A stretch of 64,000 nucleotides of DNA, from contig CBFIHK010000001.1 in the NCBI GenBank assembly GCA_965662305.1, positions 15,377-79,376 of the forward strand, read 5' to 3'. A program made the translations under genes and the position numbers. Shown piece by piece: positions 1-11,300 of this stretch (the stretch's first letter is position 1; each line of letters opens with the position of its first letter). The notes beneath the pieces are model-generated. The model did no database searches, was not told the origin of the DNA, and saw only the letters and a list, made by a program, of their open reading frames with translations. This DNA is from Luminiphilus sp. Lineage in GTDB: Bacteria > Pseudomonadota > Gammaproteobacteria > Pseudomonadales > Halieaceae.

Positions 1-179
1 CCATCACCGGTTGCGGCCAATGAGCCATGCAATGTGACCTGCACTTTGAAAGGGCCGGGCTCAGCTCGTGACTCGAGTTGTGATAGAAAATGCTGTGCAG
101 CGTACATGGGTCCCATCGTGTGACTCGACGATGGACCTATGCCGATTTTGAATATGTCGTTTAAAGCGAAACCTTGCAT
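1..179 (-). CDS. sdaA: L-serine dehydratase (Fe-S), 5' part; runs off the window edge
   Basis: Not in the ORF track. Manual translation from ATG at 179 gives [28 protein letters not shown]...[13 protein letters not shown], which contains the Sda[13 protein letters not shown] and GSLAATG motifs. Confidence 0.9.
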   Translation of the reverse strand, partial: MQGFALNDIFKIGIGPSSSHTMGPMYAAQHFLSQLESRAEPGPFKVQVTLHGSLAATGD

Positions 180-484
180 TCTTCGCCCCTTATTTTTCGG
201 TGCAAACGTATATGAAACCCTTTACGCAGAATATTAATTTTCAGCTTTTTGACTAACGACTTTGGGGTAGTTCGGCGTGATCGAGCCTCAATGTGAGATT
301 GAGACCATCATTTGTTGTCATCGGGCAAGGATATGTACTTCAATCCGTACAAGGCTTTTCTGAGTTAGAGGGTCTTTCATGGTTGGCGGAGCCACTGATC
401 CATGGGTCGTGAGTCCTTCATAGTCACGTCCCATGATACTAGTTACACGGATTTCATTTGATGAGCACAGTGCTGCTCGTGTTG

Positions 485-1027
485 TTAGTAATTCAGTAGA
501 GAGGTAACGGGCAAACCAGCAAGCCGAGATCGGCCATCGAGGAAATTCAATTCGATTAATACCGCAATACCTATCACCTTGCCGCCAGCGGCACTTACCA
601 GTTCAGCTGTCGCCTGTGCTGTGCCGCCAGTGGCAAGCACGTCGTCGACAATAAGAACGCTTGGATTGGGTTTGCCAGCGAAGGCATCGGCGTGGATGCT
701 CAACGCATCGCTGCCGTACTCGAGATCAAAGGTGTACTCGATGGTGTCTGCAGGCAGTTTGCCCGGTTTACGTATCAACGTGATCCCAGCATCGAGTCGG
801 TAAGCAAGCGGCGCTGCCCAAATAAAACCTCGTGCTTCAGGGCAAGCGATGAAATCAATGTCAGAGTCACAAAGGTGCTCGGCCAGCATATCGACTGCGA
901 CGTTAAATGCGGCAGCGTTCGACAACAAAGGGGTAATGTCTTTGAAGATGATGCCCGGCTTGGGGAAGTCAGGGATGTCCCGAATATGACTGTCGAGGAG
1001 CGCTAGCTGCTCGGAGTTTGTGCTCAT
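485..1027 (-). CDS. apt: adenine phosphoribosyltransferase
   Basis: IPDFPKPGIIFKDITPLL, EARGF, RKPGKLP, LEYG and the PRPP-binding VDDVLATGGT motif. Confidence 0.95.
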   Translation of the reverse strand: MSTNSEQLALLDSHIRDIPDFPKPGIIFKDITPLLSNAAAFNVAVDMLAEHLCDSDIDFIACPEARGFIWAAPLAYRLDAGITLIRKPGKLPADTIEYTFDLEYGSDALSIHADAFAGKPNPSVLIVDDVLATGGTAQATAELVSAAGGKVIGIAVLIELNFLDGRSRLAGLPVTSLLNY

Positions 1028-2229
1028 GTGACCTTGGATTTCACGTTGTACTTTGGATCTTCGTAACGCTTTTCTCTCACAATATCCTCGAGGGCTTCAA
1101 CCGCTGCTATCGCTTCGGACGGTGTGTTGTATAGCGGCGAAAATCCAAAACGAATAATATTTGGGGCTCTAAAATCTACGATAATGCCGCCGTCGATCAA
1201 CGCTTGGCTTATAGGAAATGCATTCTCGAGCGTCACACTTACTTGAGAACCCCGCTCATGATCAGATCTGGGTGTGATGACAGTGGTCGCTGATGCGACT
1301 GAGCTTCTATCTAACCGGTCGATAAATTGTCGAGTTAATAGGAGGCTGCGCGCTCTAAGGTCGCTCATAGCGATCGAATCGAAAATCCTTAGTCCGGCGC
1401 TCACTGCGCTGAGGGCAAGCACGCTTTGGGTTCCCGTGAGAAATCTCCGAATTCCCTGCGCGGGTCTGTAGGACGACTCGAAGTCGAACATCGCCGCATG
1501 GCCCATCCAACCGGGTATCGCATTGCTTGCTGACTGATGTTTCGGGTCAACGTATAGATAACCCGGAGCGCCCGGGCCGCCATTGAGAAATTTATAGGTA
1601 CAGCCGACTGCGAAATCGACTTCACAGGCAGTCAGATCGATATCAACGACGCCTGCGCTATGGGCCAAGTCCCAAATGACGAGGGCACCCGCGGCATGCG
1701 CAACAGCGGTGATTTGCGCCACATCTCTCAAGCTGCCGGTTTTGTAATCGACGTGGGAGAGCACAAGTACTGCCGCATCACTCAACTGTTCGGGCGTTAT
1801 ATGCTCAATGCTCAACGGGTTTATTGAGCATCTGTCGTTTCCAAGTAGCCGTGAAACCCCCGCGACGATGTAGTTATCACTGGGAAATTGGTGTTTTTCA
1901 ACGCATACCAATGTGCGCGTCGGATTTAATTCGAGAGCCGCCAGTATTGCCTTGTAGAGGTTGATCGAAAGGTTGTCGCAACACACGACGGTGTCATCGG
2001 CCCCGCCAATGAGCTTGCCAATTTGGTTGCCAACTTTGAGCGGTAGATCGATCCAGTCATGCGTATTCCAGCTGGCGATTAAGTCTTCTCCCCACTGTTT
2101 CTCAACAGCATCGGCTAAGGTGGGAGGAGTAGCCCTTGGTAGCGCCCCAAGCGAGTTACCATCGAGATAGATTTTGTCGTCAGGTAAGTGAAACTGTGCC
2201 CTGAGTTGGTCGAAGAGAACATCACTCAT
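1024..2229 (-). CDS. kynU: kynureninase
   Basis: IYLDGNSLG, WDLAHSAG, GCTYKFLNGGPG (PLP lysine), RGSQVS, DFRAP. Start taken at ATG 2229 (MSDVLF), which overlaps the upstream gene's stop. The ORF track starts at 2277. Confidence 0.93.
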   Translation of the reverse strand: MSDVLFDQLRAQFHLPDDKIYLDGNSLGALPRATPPTLADAVEKQWGEDLIASWNTHDWIDLPLKVGNQIGKLIGGADDTVVCCDNLSINLYKAILAALELNPTRTLVCVEKHQFPSDNYIVAGVSRLLGNDRCSINPLSIEHITPEQLSDAAVLVLSHVDYKTGSLRDVAQITAVAHAAGALVIWDLAHSAGVVDIDLTACEVDFAVGCTYKFLNGGPGAPGYLYVDPKHQSASNAIPGWMGHAAMFDFESSYRPAQGIRRFLTGTQSVLALSAVSAGLRIFDSIAMSDLRARSLLLTRQFIDRLDRSSVASATTVITPRSDHERGSQVSVTLENAFPISQALIDGGIIVDFRAPNIIRFGFSPLYNTPSEAIAAVEALEDIVREKRYEDPKYNVKSKVT

Positions 2230-3058
2230 CTCGTGCGTCCGTCCGAGCTTGAATGGTCTCTTTAAGCAACTGGTCAATCATTGATTTAACTACTTCGAAG
2301 GCACGGGTTTCGGGGTGAATCAGATCGAAGTGACCGGCTTCTGGGATGGTCCGTAGCTGCTCCGAAGTAAAACGCTCCACCTGATTGATGCCCACAATTG
2401 GATCTGCGTCGCCGATAACAACTGTGGTCGGCACCTTGATATCTTCGATCCCAACCGATGCCGATTGATAGGCAGCACTGGGGTGGTAGCTATCGTCGCC
2501 CATGAACTTTGCCACCATAGATTGGCAACTACCTGTCTTGGCTCCGTAGCTTATAAGGTCGGTGATAGGCGCAAGAGCAACAACACCGCTGATCAACAAA
2601 TCGGGATCCTCGGCAGCTTTGAGAGCAAGGTGTCCGCCTGCGGAGTGGCCTATCAATAAGGCAGCCTCACCCGTGATTTTAGTGACGTACCGTAGGGCTG
2701 ACTTAACATCATCCAAACTACCCGGCCATCCTCCACCCTCGTCACCAACCCGTCGGTACTCGGCGGCCCACACATCAAGCCCCATCTCGGAAAGTGCTGC
2801 TGCCATGGGTAGTGCGTGATCCACACCGTAAGCATTCGACCAGCAACCCCCGTGAATAACGAGAATAGGGTTGCTGTCGATGGTGTCCAAAGGAAAATGC
2901 ACGAGCGTTTGCTGACTTTGGCCACCATAGCGCTGCAAAACGCGATCAGGGTCAACGCTAAGGTCTAGAACTTCAGAGAAGGATACCGGTGACGCCACAG
3001 CATTATTGACGGCACAAAACACGAGGGCGGTGAGCGCTTTGATTTGGAAGCGGAGCAT
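2222..3058 (-). CDS. alpha/beta hydrolase, HSL-like (HGG / GHSAG); possible kynurenine formamidase
   Basis: IHGGCW oxyanion motif, EYRRVG, GHSAGG nucleophile elbow, GDADP Asp, AGHFDL His. N-terminus resembles a signal peptide. Confidence 0.8.
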   Translation of the reverse strand: MLRFQIKALTALVFCAVNNAVASPVSFSEVLDLSVDPDRVLQRYGGQSQQTLVHFPLDTIDSNPILVIHGGCWSNAYGVDHALPMAAALSEMGLDVWAAEYRRVGDEGGGWPGSLDDVKSALRYVTKITGEAALLIGHSAGGHLALKAAEDPDLLISGVVALAPITDLISYGAKTGSCQSMVAKFMGDDSYHPSAAYQSASVGIEDIKVPTTVVIGDADPIVGINQVERFTSEQLRTIPEAGHFDLIHPETRAFEVVKSMIDQLLKETIQARTDARDE

Positions 3059-3157
3059 TGAACCTGCAGGGCGAATGAAATTGATTGTTCAGTCTAGCCG
3101 ATTTTATTCCCGTACTGAGACGTACAAAGGTGCGTTTTTAATTCGCCATTAGACGAC

Positions 3158-3649
3158 TTAGTGCTTTCGGTTGCTCTTGAATTTATTGGCGGACCAACTC
3201 AGAACGCCGTATGCGACTGCAAGGAGCAATACAGCGCCGGCTTCGAACATAAGCTTGGTCGGCTCTGAGTCTTTGCTGAGCAGGATTAATCGCGTAATAC
3301 CGGTGATTGCAATCAATACCGGAAGCGTCACGGGGACACTGTGCGTCGAGTAATAAGCGTAGGCCATGCCGAGAACTTCTAGGTAGATAAATAGCAGTAG
3401 TAGGTCTGCAAGATTGATATCGCCCGTTGTCATAAAGTCTGCAAGTTCAAAGCCAACAGCGACAATGGCTAGGCCTCCGATAAGCAGCAATAGTCCGCGT
3501 TCGGCAAAGGCGAAGAGTCCCAATACGACATCGTCAAAACGATCCACAAACTTTGGCGTGTCATTAACTTTCGGTTGTTCGTTTGATGTGCTCACAACAT
3601 GCTCCCCAGTTACTGCTGCAACCCTTTTGGTACGAGGAAACATCCACAA
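3158..3649 (-). CDS. PsiE-family (phosphate-starvation-inducible) membrane protein
   Basis: Four hydrophobic segments, LADLLLLFIYLEV and IAITGITRLI motifs. True start is probably downstream of 3649. Confidence 0.75.
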   Translation of the reverse strand: MWMFPRTKRVAAVTGEHVVSTSNEQPKVNDTPKFVDRFDDVVLGLFAFAERGLLLLIGGLAIVAVGFELADFMTTGDINLADLLLLFIYLEVLGMAYAYYSTHSVPVTLPVLIAITGITRLILLSKDSEPTKLMFEAGAVLLLAVAYGVLSWSANKFKSNRKH

Positions 3650-3754
3650 CCGTTCAAATTGTGGAAAATCAATTTATGCGATCACCTAGCGCCAAAGCTC
3701 TGATATTGTCTCTTTGAAAAATAAAACCACTTAATCCTTTGAGGAAGATCAATC

Positions 3755-5284
3755 GTGACCATCTCACTCTGTGAACGCTTAGAAAGTCGTCGTCAGTCGA
3801 AGCCTAATAAGCTCGCCTACATCATCGACGGTGTTGAGCGCAGTAATGAAGCGAGTATTGATCATGTGTTTCGGATTGCTAACGGCTTGATCGCAGCGGG
3901 TATCGGGAAGGGCGACCGTGTAGCGGTCTTATCGCGTAACAGCGTTGAATGTGCAGAGGCAATGATGGGCATCTTATGCTCGGGTGCAAGTATGGTTCCT
4001 GTGCCCAATACTGCAACGCCCGAAGCGCAGCGGAATATGCTGCTCGACAGTACCGTTAAGGGGCTGTTTGTATCTGATCAGTATCGTGACCCAGCGCTCG
4101 CCCATTTTTCTGATTTGCCCTCGATAAGAAATGACCTGCGTTTTGCCCTAGAGACGCCGTGTGACCAGTTTGCCGACCATGTGACATGGGCTGCGCAGTT
4201 CTCCGTTGACTCTCCCGACGTTCACATGTCGCTGGATGAGGAATACGACATTCTCTACAGCTCCGGGACGACGGGCACCCCTAAAGGTATTATCCACAGT
4301 CACCTTGCGCGAAATCTTTTGATTTCTGGTACACAAACGATGGCGTTTGATGAAGCTATCGTGCTCACCAGTACACCGCTTTATTCGAATACCACAATTA
4401 CAACTTGGTGGCCGTCAGTCTGGATGGGAGCCACCCAGGTGATCATGCGGAAGTTCAATGCAGAACGCGCTAATGATCTGATCGCGGAATATGGCATCAC
4501 ACACGCAATGCTCGTACCTGTGCAGTATCAGCGCATGTGGGCCGCCGATAATCACAGTCCAGATAAATGGGCTAGTGTTCAATGGCTTTTCTCAACCAGC
4601 GCGCCGCTCTCAGCGGCAATGAAGGAGAAAATCCTCAGAGATACCGACGCACAGCTGTTGGAGTTTTATGGGCTCACCGAGGGCGGTGTTGCTACAACAT
4701 TGGTGGCTCGCAAGGCTGCGGAATTGGGCAAGCTGGGCTCAGTTGGGCAGGTCCAACTGGGCGGTGAGCTTCGCATTTTAGGCGAGGATGGCGAGCTGCT
4801 GGGCCCGAATGAGCCGGGTGAAATTGTGGGGCGCACCGGCATCATGAGTGACGGCTACCTCAACCGCGAAGAAGCTACCAAGGCCATGCATTGGTTTGAC
4901 GAGGAGGGGAGATTGTTCTATCGCTCCGGTGATGTTGGCTATCTCGATGAAGACGGTTGGCTTTTCCTGAGTGATCGGATCAAGGACATGATTCTCTCGG
5001 GTGGCCAGAATATTTACGCCACCGATCTCGAGCAGGCGTTGAACGCTATGCCCGAGGTCATTGAATCTGCCGTAGTGGCGAAACCCTCCGACCACTGGGG
5101 AGAAACCCCCTGGGCGTTTGTCGTTAAACGCCAAGGCAGTGAGCGGAGCGAGGAAGATATTCGCCTTAAGGCGAACAGTGCGCTGAGTCCTATTCAAGCG
5201 ATTGCTGGCGTTACCTTTATGGACGAGCTGCCTCGAAGCGACATTGGGAAGATCCTCAAACGTCAGCTTCGAGACACGTTCTAA
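3755..5284 (+). CDS. AMP-forming acyl-CoA synthetase (class I adenylate-forming enzyme)
   Basis: LYSSGTTGTPKG, FYGLTEG, YRSGDVG, DRIKDMILSGG, GKILK. Confidence 0.9.
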   Translation: MTISLCERLESRRQSKPNKLAYIIDGVERSNEASIDHVFRIANGLIAAGIGKGDRVAVLSRNSVECAEAMMGILCSGASMVPVPNTATPEAQRNMLLDSTVKGLFVSDQYRDPALAHFSDLPSIRNDLRFALETPCDQFADHVTWAAQFSVDSPDVHMSLDEEYDILYSSGTTGTPKGIIHSHLARNLLISGTQTMAFDEAIVLTSTPLYSNTTITTWWPSVWMGATQVIMRKFNAERANDLIAEYGITHAMLVPVQYQRMWAADNHSPDKWASVQWLFSTSAPLSAAMKEKILRDTDAQLLEFYGLTEGGVATTLVARKAAELGKLGSVGQVQLGGELRILGEDGELLGPNEPGEIVGRTGIMSDGYLNREEATKAMHWFDEEGRLFYRSGDVGYLDEDGWLFLSDRIKDMILSGGQNIYATDLEQALNAMPEVIESAVVAKPSDHWGETPWAFVVKRQGSERSEEDIRLKANSALSPIQAIAGVTFMDELPRSDIGKILKRQLRDTF

Positions 5285-5327
5285 AGCCCGAGCTGAGCGC
5301 TAAACCGCTAGCGGGCTGAGACGCGAC

Positions 5328-6614
5328 TTAGGGGTTAGATACCAGATAGTCGAGTGTCATCGCGGTGAGTGCTTCAACACCCACGGGGAGCGCCCGCTCG
5401 TCGGCGTAAAACCGTGGCGAGTGGTTTGGGTGGATCAGGCTCGGGTCATCCGGAGCGACGCCCAAAAATAGAAATAAGCCTGGTACCTCGTTAGCAAAAT
5501 ACGAGAAATCTTCGGCGGTTGTTGTCTGAGTCGCTTCGATGAAACGATCGCCCGCAACCACTTCCAGCGTTGGCGCCATCTGTCGGTACAGCGTCGGATC
5601 GTTGCGTGTCACACCATAGCCTTGGTCAATAACAACATCCGCTGTTGCGCCTGCGGCTTCTGCAATGTTTTCCGCAGTGCGTCTAATACGCCTGTGGATG
5701 TCGGTGCGCGTAGCCGCATCGAAGGTTCTGATCGTCCCCTCTAGCTCAACCGACTCGGGGATGATGTTATTTCTTACCCCACCTTCGATGCGTCCCACAG
5801 TCACGATTGAGGGGGTGAGCGTGGCATCCAGTTGTCGCGAGACAATTGTCTGCAGTCCGAGCACCACTTGGCTGGCAGTAACGATTGGGTCAACTCCGGC
5901 CCAAGGCACCGCACCGTGTGTCTGCTTACCCTTGATAGTGATTTGATGACGATCCGAGGAGGCCATGAGACCGCCTGGACGGGTTGCAATGGTCCCGGCA
6001 GGGAAGGGGAAGACGTGCAATCCAAACACGACATCAGGACGCGGATTTTCAAAGGCGCCTTCCGTCAGCATCAGTTCTGCGCCACCCACGGAACCATCCG
6101 GTGTCCCCTCCTCGGCAGGCTGGAAAATAAACTTAACGGTTCCCGGTAGTTCATCGCCCATGCCGGCCAAGACTTCGGCGACCCCCATCAAGATGGCGAC
6201 GTGGTTGTCGTGACCGCAGGCGTGCATAACACCGACCTCACGCCCTTGATAGATGCCCTTTGTTTTTGACGCAAACGGCAGGTCCACGAGTTCGGTTACA
6301 GGCAGTGCGTCCATATCGGCGCGAAGGGCCACAACAGGACCATCACCACCACGCAAGGTGCCGACAACACCGGTATGCGCGACTTCTGTCTCTACTTCCA
6401 TGCCAAGTGATCTCAGATGATCAGCGACGATTTTGGCGGTGCGAAATTCCTGATTGCTAAGCTCTGGATGTTCATGAAAGTCCCGTCGCCAGGCAACGAC
6501 ACTGGGGAGGACTCTCTCGATTCTAGCGTCTAGATCAGCGGGAAGTGCGATCGTAAGCTCGGTCGTGAGAAGGGCTAGGAGCCCCAAGAAAAGCTGTTTT
6601 TCATAGCGGAACAT
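5328..6614 (-). CDS. M20D-family amidohydrolase/carboxypeptidase, probably exported
   Basis: HEHPELS, RADMDAL, MHACGHD, FQPAEEG, AEDF, NHSP; N-terminal signal peptide. Confidence 0.9.
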   Translation of the reverse strand: MFRYEKQLFLGLLALLTTELTIALPADLDARIERVLPSVVAWRRDFHEHPELSNQEFRTAKIVADHLRSLGMEVETEVAHTGVVGTLRGGDGPVVALRADMDALPVTELVDLPFASKTKGIYQGREVGVMHACGHDNHVAILMGVAEVLAGMGDELPGTVKFIFQPAEEGTPDGSVGGAELMLTEGAFENPRPDVVFGLHVFPFPAGTIATRPGGLMASSDRHQITIKGKQTHGAVPWAGVDPIVTASQVVLGLQTIVSRQLDATLTPSIVTVGRIEGGVRNNIIPESVELEGTIRTFDAATRTDIHRRIRRTAENIAEAAGATADVVIDQGYGVTRNDPTLYRQMAPTLEVVAGDRFIEATQTTTAEDFSYFANEVPGLFLFLGVAPDDPSLIHPNHSPRFYADERALPVGVEALTAMTLDYLVSNP

Positions 6615-6748
6615 GGCTCATTTCCTTGTGTTTATTGCCCTTGGTTTTTTTGCCTTTTCGTTTATTGCCTGTGCATCTATTGATGGCAGCTACGTTGAGG
6701 TCATATTAGACCAAATGAGCCGTAGTGTAGTGATAGCCTATTTTGATG

Positions 6749-8200
6749 TCAGGCTTCTTGCGCTTTGGAGGCAAGGCCAGACAGGCGCTCCGCGTGCGCT
6801 TCTCTGTTTTCTCGCACCTTGGCAATGAAAAACAGACCGAGGAGCCAAAGCGTGGCTGAGGCTAGTACGGTGTAGGTCCCTACCGTATCGAGCGTTGCCT
6901 GAGAAACTAGTCCCGGCTTCGCGTCCTCGGGCCACGCCGCGAAGCTCAAGATAAGACCTGCGGAGAATGCGCCCACGCCCGCCATACATTTTTCAGCAAA
7001 CGAGCGTGCGGCGAGGAGGGTGCCTTCCATGCGTTTTTGTGTGGCGGCTTCAACTTCCTCAACGGTATCGAACACCATCGACCCAACAGCAGTACTGGCA
7101 ACGATCATGCTGCAGATGGCAGCAAGGTGGCAAAACAAGACTGACCCCAAAATGATGGGGGATTCGTTCGACGGCAGCAGATCTAGAACCCGCAGTGAGA
7201 TAAGCGCGTTTTCGAGTACCATCGCGAGCGCGAAGAAACCAATGGCAGTGTCGCGTTTACCAAATAGTCGCGTGCACATGGGCGCAAGCTTGAGCCCTAA
7301 AACGGGCGCGATGAACAGCGTCATACCAATGGTAAGGATGTCGGAGGGTTCGAACTCCCAGTAGTAGCTGTAATAGAACAAGGTCAGATTGGTGAAGAGT
7401 CCCGACGCGGCCTTGCAAACGATATAGGCGATGAACAAGATGCGGTAATTCCGACTGACGTTGAGTGTCGTCCAGATATCCCTCAAGACATCCATCACTG
7501 CTGATCGTTTACTGTCTGGTTTAGCCAGCTCTGGCATGTGCAGATCAGGTATGTGACGGTGCGTACCAATCCCTGTAACCAATATTGCGATAACCATGAC
7601 GATGCCGCAGGCGATACCGTAGACCACCCAGGTCTCAGCGTTATAGCGCGCGTCCTCAGTACCGTTAATGCTGCTGTACACAACGAAAAGCCAGAGTAGG
7701 TTCCACATCACTAAGCCACCCCACCAGCCAAACCACATACGAAAGGCGATGAGTGAGCTGCGCTCAACGTAGTCTTGTGTGAGCTCTGGACCTAGCGCGG
7801 TGCTTGGGATTTCGTAGAGGGTAATGGTGGTGCGGATTCCAATGCCCATTAGCAGCAGATACCAGAATAGTCCCTGATCACTGATTCCTGCGGGCGGATC
7901 CCAAATGAGGAAGAAGGTCAGTGCGACAGGAATGGCAGAACCGTAAATGAACGGGTGGCGTCGCCCCCATCGCGACCGCGTGTTATCCGACAGATAACCG
8001 ATCAGCGGATCGGAGATCGCATCGAATATCAGCATGATCAGAATCGCGAGGCCAGCAAGATCTGGTGCTATACCAAAGACCTGGACATAGACGAATAAGA
8101 GGAAATAGGCGAAGGCGTTGTCTTTGATTCCGTAGGCTATCGAACCGAAGCCATACAAGAATTTTGTACTAAAGGGGAGTGCTGAACCGCCTTCTGTCAT
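6749..8200 (-). CDS. MFS transporter, GPH (MelB-like) family
   Basis: DAISDPLIGYLSDNTRSRWGRRHPF, ELTQDYVERS, about 12 TM segments. Confidence 0.88.
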   Translation of the reverse strand: MTEGGSALPFSTKFLYGFGSIAYGIKDNAFAYFLLFVYVQVFGIAPDLAGLAILIMLIFDAISDPLIGYLSDNTRSRWGRRHPFIYGSAIPVALTFFLIWDPPAGISDQGLFWYLLLMGIGIRTTITLYEIPSTALGPELTQDYVERSSLIAFRMWFGWWGGLVMWNLLWLFVVYSSINGTEDARYNAETWVVYGIACGIVMVIAILVTGIGTHRHIPDLHMPELAKPDSKRSAVMDVLRDIWTTLNVSRNYRILFIAYIVCKAASGLFTNLTLFYYSYYWEFEPSDILTIGMTLFIAPVLGLKLAPMCTRLFGKRDTAIGFFALAMVLENALISLRVLDLLPSNESPIILGSVLFCHLAAICSMIVASTAVGSMVFDTVEEVEAATQKRMEGTLLAARSFAEKCMAGVGAFSAGLILSFAAWPEDAKPGLVSQATLDTVGTYTVLASATLWLLGLFFIAKVRENREAHAERLSGLASKAQEA

Positions 8201-8285
8201 CCGTCATATCTTTTTTATTAGTGTCATCCGAGACTACTCACAAAGCGGCGTCGGTGCAAAGAATTGTGACAATCAAAAAATGGAC

Positions 8286-8314
8286 AAAAAAAACCGGGGC
8301 AGAGCCCCGGTTTT
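8286..8314 (-). terminator. Rho-independent terminator of pcs-mcr
   Basis: AAAACCGGGGC-aga-GCCCCGGTTTT inverted repeat, with a T8 run on the minus strand, about 20 nt after the mcr stop. Confidence 0.85.
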
Positions 8315-8334
8315 GGTGATCACCCTGCCCTGAG

Positions 8335-11300
8335 TTACACCGTAACTGCGTTCCCGCGGAAGATCTTCGAGAGGTAGCGGCTGTCCGAGGGTGCAGGTGC
8401 GGGCACCGAACACTGAAGGACTGCGTGAACCAGACGAATCATTTCTTCCTCGAGCTCTTGATCATTAGAAGGCTCCTCTGTGTGAGCGCGTCGTGTTAGC
8501 TGAACCTGGTTGATGGCAGGCACGGTGGGGAGTCGCTCACCCTCTACACCCAGCGTCACTGTGAAGGCGTGGAGTGAGTTCTTCACAAAGAGTGCCAGTG
8601 CGAATTCTTCTCGCGTCGATGCCAATGATGTTTCTGGCGTGATCAATACGATCTGACAACTCGGCACCAGCGCTGATGTGCGCGCAACACGGAAGTGGTG
8701 TGTTAGTTGATCGTGCACAAGCTTTCTAAACTCGTGATCGCTCAATACCCGATCCCATGGCTCATTAGCGTTCGCGGCCAGGGCATTCAATGGGAGACGT
8801 TCGAAGGGGCTACTAACCACAACATCGTATCCGCCCTCGTTGCGCAGAATGTCGTCTAAGCTGCTCTCGAGATCATCGCCAATCGCGCGGCATTCAATAT
8901 CGATACCGTGAGGATTATCGACGCTATGCGTCATTGCGTTAGCTGAGTCTTCGGTCTTGGTAAGTATCCACAGTTTCTCAACATTCTGCGCGAGGAAGCC
9001 ATTGGCGATATGCGTAAGCTCATTGCGCATCGAGTCACCGATCAAAACAATGCGCTTGCCCTGAAGCTTTGCGACTTCTGTTTCGTTGGGTGGTAGCAAA
9101 AGCTCACCCTCGGTGACTGAACGATCGAACTTGAGACCACCGGATGGGTGGAAGGTCTCACCACTTACAATGTCATCGGCGAGGTGGAAGACGGTTGAAA
9201 GTCCGACCTGCTCGTCAGTTGGCATCTTGTGAAGATGGAGGCGATTTAGAATGCCCGTTTCAATCTGCTCAGCTTGCTTTGACGTCTCTGCAAAATCAAA
9301 GAAGGGTGCTGGGGCGTCAATAAAGGTCCCCAAGAATTGCTCGTGTTGCTCGTCACTCAGGATTCCAGCACGCACAAGACGGGTCATGAGCTTCGCTGCA
9401 ATACCCATATGCATGAGGTACTGCGATGAATTCCCCAAACCACCTGAATCGCGAATCTTGAGTACAAGACGCGCAATCGGCTTGGGTAGGGCATCGATGT
9501 CGATACTATCGACAGCGTTGCTCGCAAGCGACATAACGCCGTCCGCGTCAAAGCCTGCTGACATCCCAGCCAAGATTGCCTTGTGAACTTCGTTCAAACG
9601 CTTGTTCTCAAGCACCAGACGACCACGACGATCGAAGAGTCCGGGCGCTTCGGCTGAGCCTCTCAAACGCGCACCGTCTACAGGGCCCGGAGCGAGAGCG
9701 TTAATCTGAATCTCTGGACCAAGGTGGCGAGACAGAATTTCCGCTAATACCCGCTGTCCCGCTTTGGAGACTGCGTAGTCAGCGCGGTTGGGGTAGGCCA
9801 CAGCGACGTATTTTTCGCCACCGAAGTAGCTTGATACGTTCAAAATAGAGCCTTTGCCGCCTGCTTTCATCGCAGGGCTGAACTTGCGGATAAGCGAGTA
9901 GTTCGAGATCAGGTTGGCTTCCATGGTGCGATCCCAGTCCTCACGCGTCATATCAACCACCATCTCTTCAGCACCGGAGATACCGGCGTTGTTGATGAGG
10001 AAGTCAACATGACCTAATTCGGCAACTGCGTGGTCGTGGAGACGATCAAGCGCCTCGGGATCACCAACGTCGATACCGCCGAGAATGGTCACTCGTGATT
10101 CGGGACGCGGGTAGCCAATGTTGCGGAGCTCATCGACGATTTCGTCACGAGCCTCGGCAAGCTTGCCTTCGCTTCGAGCGCTCAAAAGAACGCGGGCGCC
10201 GGCAATGGCGAGGAAACGACCCAATTGAAGGCCGATGCCCAAGCTGCCGCCCGTGATAACCGCTGTTCGCCCCTTGTGCAGACCCGGAAGTACCCGCGAG
10301 ATCGAGGAAGGCATAGAGCTCTTGCCCGTTGATCGTTTGATGCTTCGGGGTAGCCAGAGGTTGATCGAGTCCATCTTTCGGACACGATTAGTCAGTGTCG
10401 CCGCCCAGTCAGCCGCAAACGTGAGAGCCTCGCGATCCTCGGTGTCGTAGCGCACCATCTGGTTGGGTTGTACTGCCCATGGCAGTTCGCCGGTGTTCGC
10501 CAAAGTCTCATCTTCGTGACGCCAGCCACGAATTAGGGCTTCGACCGATGCACGAATGATTTCGTTCATCAGGCTGCCATGACGGTCCGATGGATTGGTG
10601 ACGTAGACGATGGCCGGCGGCTCGCCTTCGGCGAACAGTTGATCCATGTTTCGAGCAAAGGCTGATGCGAAGGCAACAGGTGCAACGACCTCGTCACGTA
10701 CAAAGTTCGCCACGTCCTCATCATTTGCCGTGGTCAGCGAATAGCCGTACTCACCGTTTGGCTTCTGTGGCAGCAAAATAACGCCATCGAGACGACCGAA
10801 ATGATCAGCGATGAGTTGCATTGAACGATCAACAGACTCACGGCGGAGTGGATCAAGATGTGACAGCTGTACGTCGCCAAGATTGCGCGACTGCACCAGC
10901 GAGCGTGCATGACCGACCGTATTCAAATTGCGGAAAGCGAGCATGACTCGCGCGCCGCTTTGAATTTGCCGCTCTGCAAAGGTAACGGCCTCTTGGTAGT
11001 CATCACCGCCGAGAATCAAAACGACCTGACCTGACAAATCCTCAAGACGCTTATCGGGCCATGACACAAGCTGCGAGCGACTCTGCGCTGGCACCTGCAT
11101 ACCGTTGGTGACTTCGATGTGGTGACCAGAGAGGGCAGATGACTCATCTGAAGCTAACCAGACGATACCGGAGGCGACGTCCGTCGGGGTTGGGTACTTG
11201 TACTCAAGGCCTCCATCAGACGTGCGCGTGGTAATCATAAGATCGCGGAATTCTTTACCTGTACTTCCGGGCTCGACACCCTGTAGCTCGTCCATTCGCG

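Noticed and set aside
180-484. Possible glycine riboswitch or small ORF upstream of sdaA
   Set aside because: The GGAGAG...CCGAAG...CUCUCAGG elements are not present in order on the minus strand. The only small ORF I found (38 aa) has no recognisable features.
5285-5313. AGCCCG...CGGGCT hairpin, similar to one near 23590, as a REP-like repeat family
   Set aside because: Only 6 bp are shared. Both are better explained as terminators between convergent genes.
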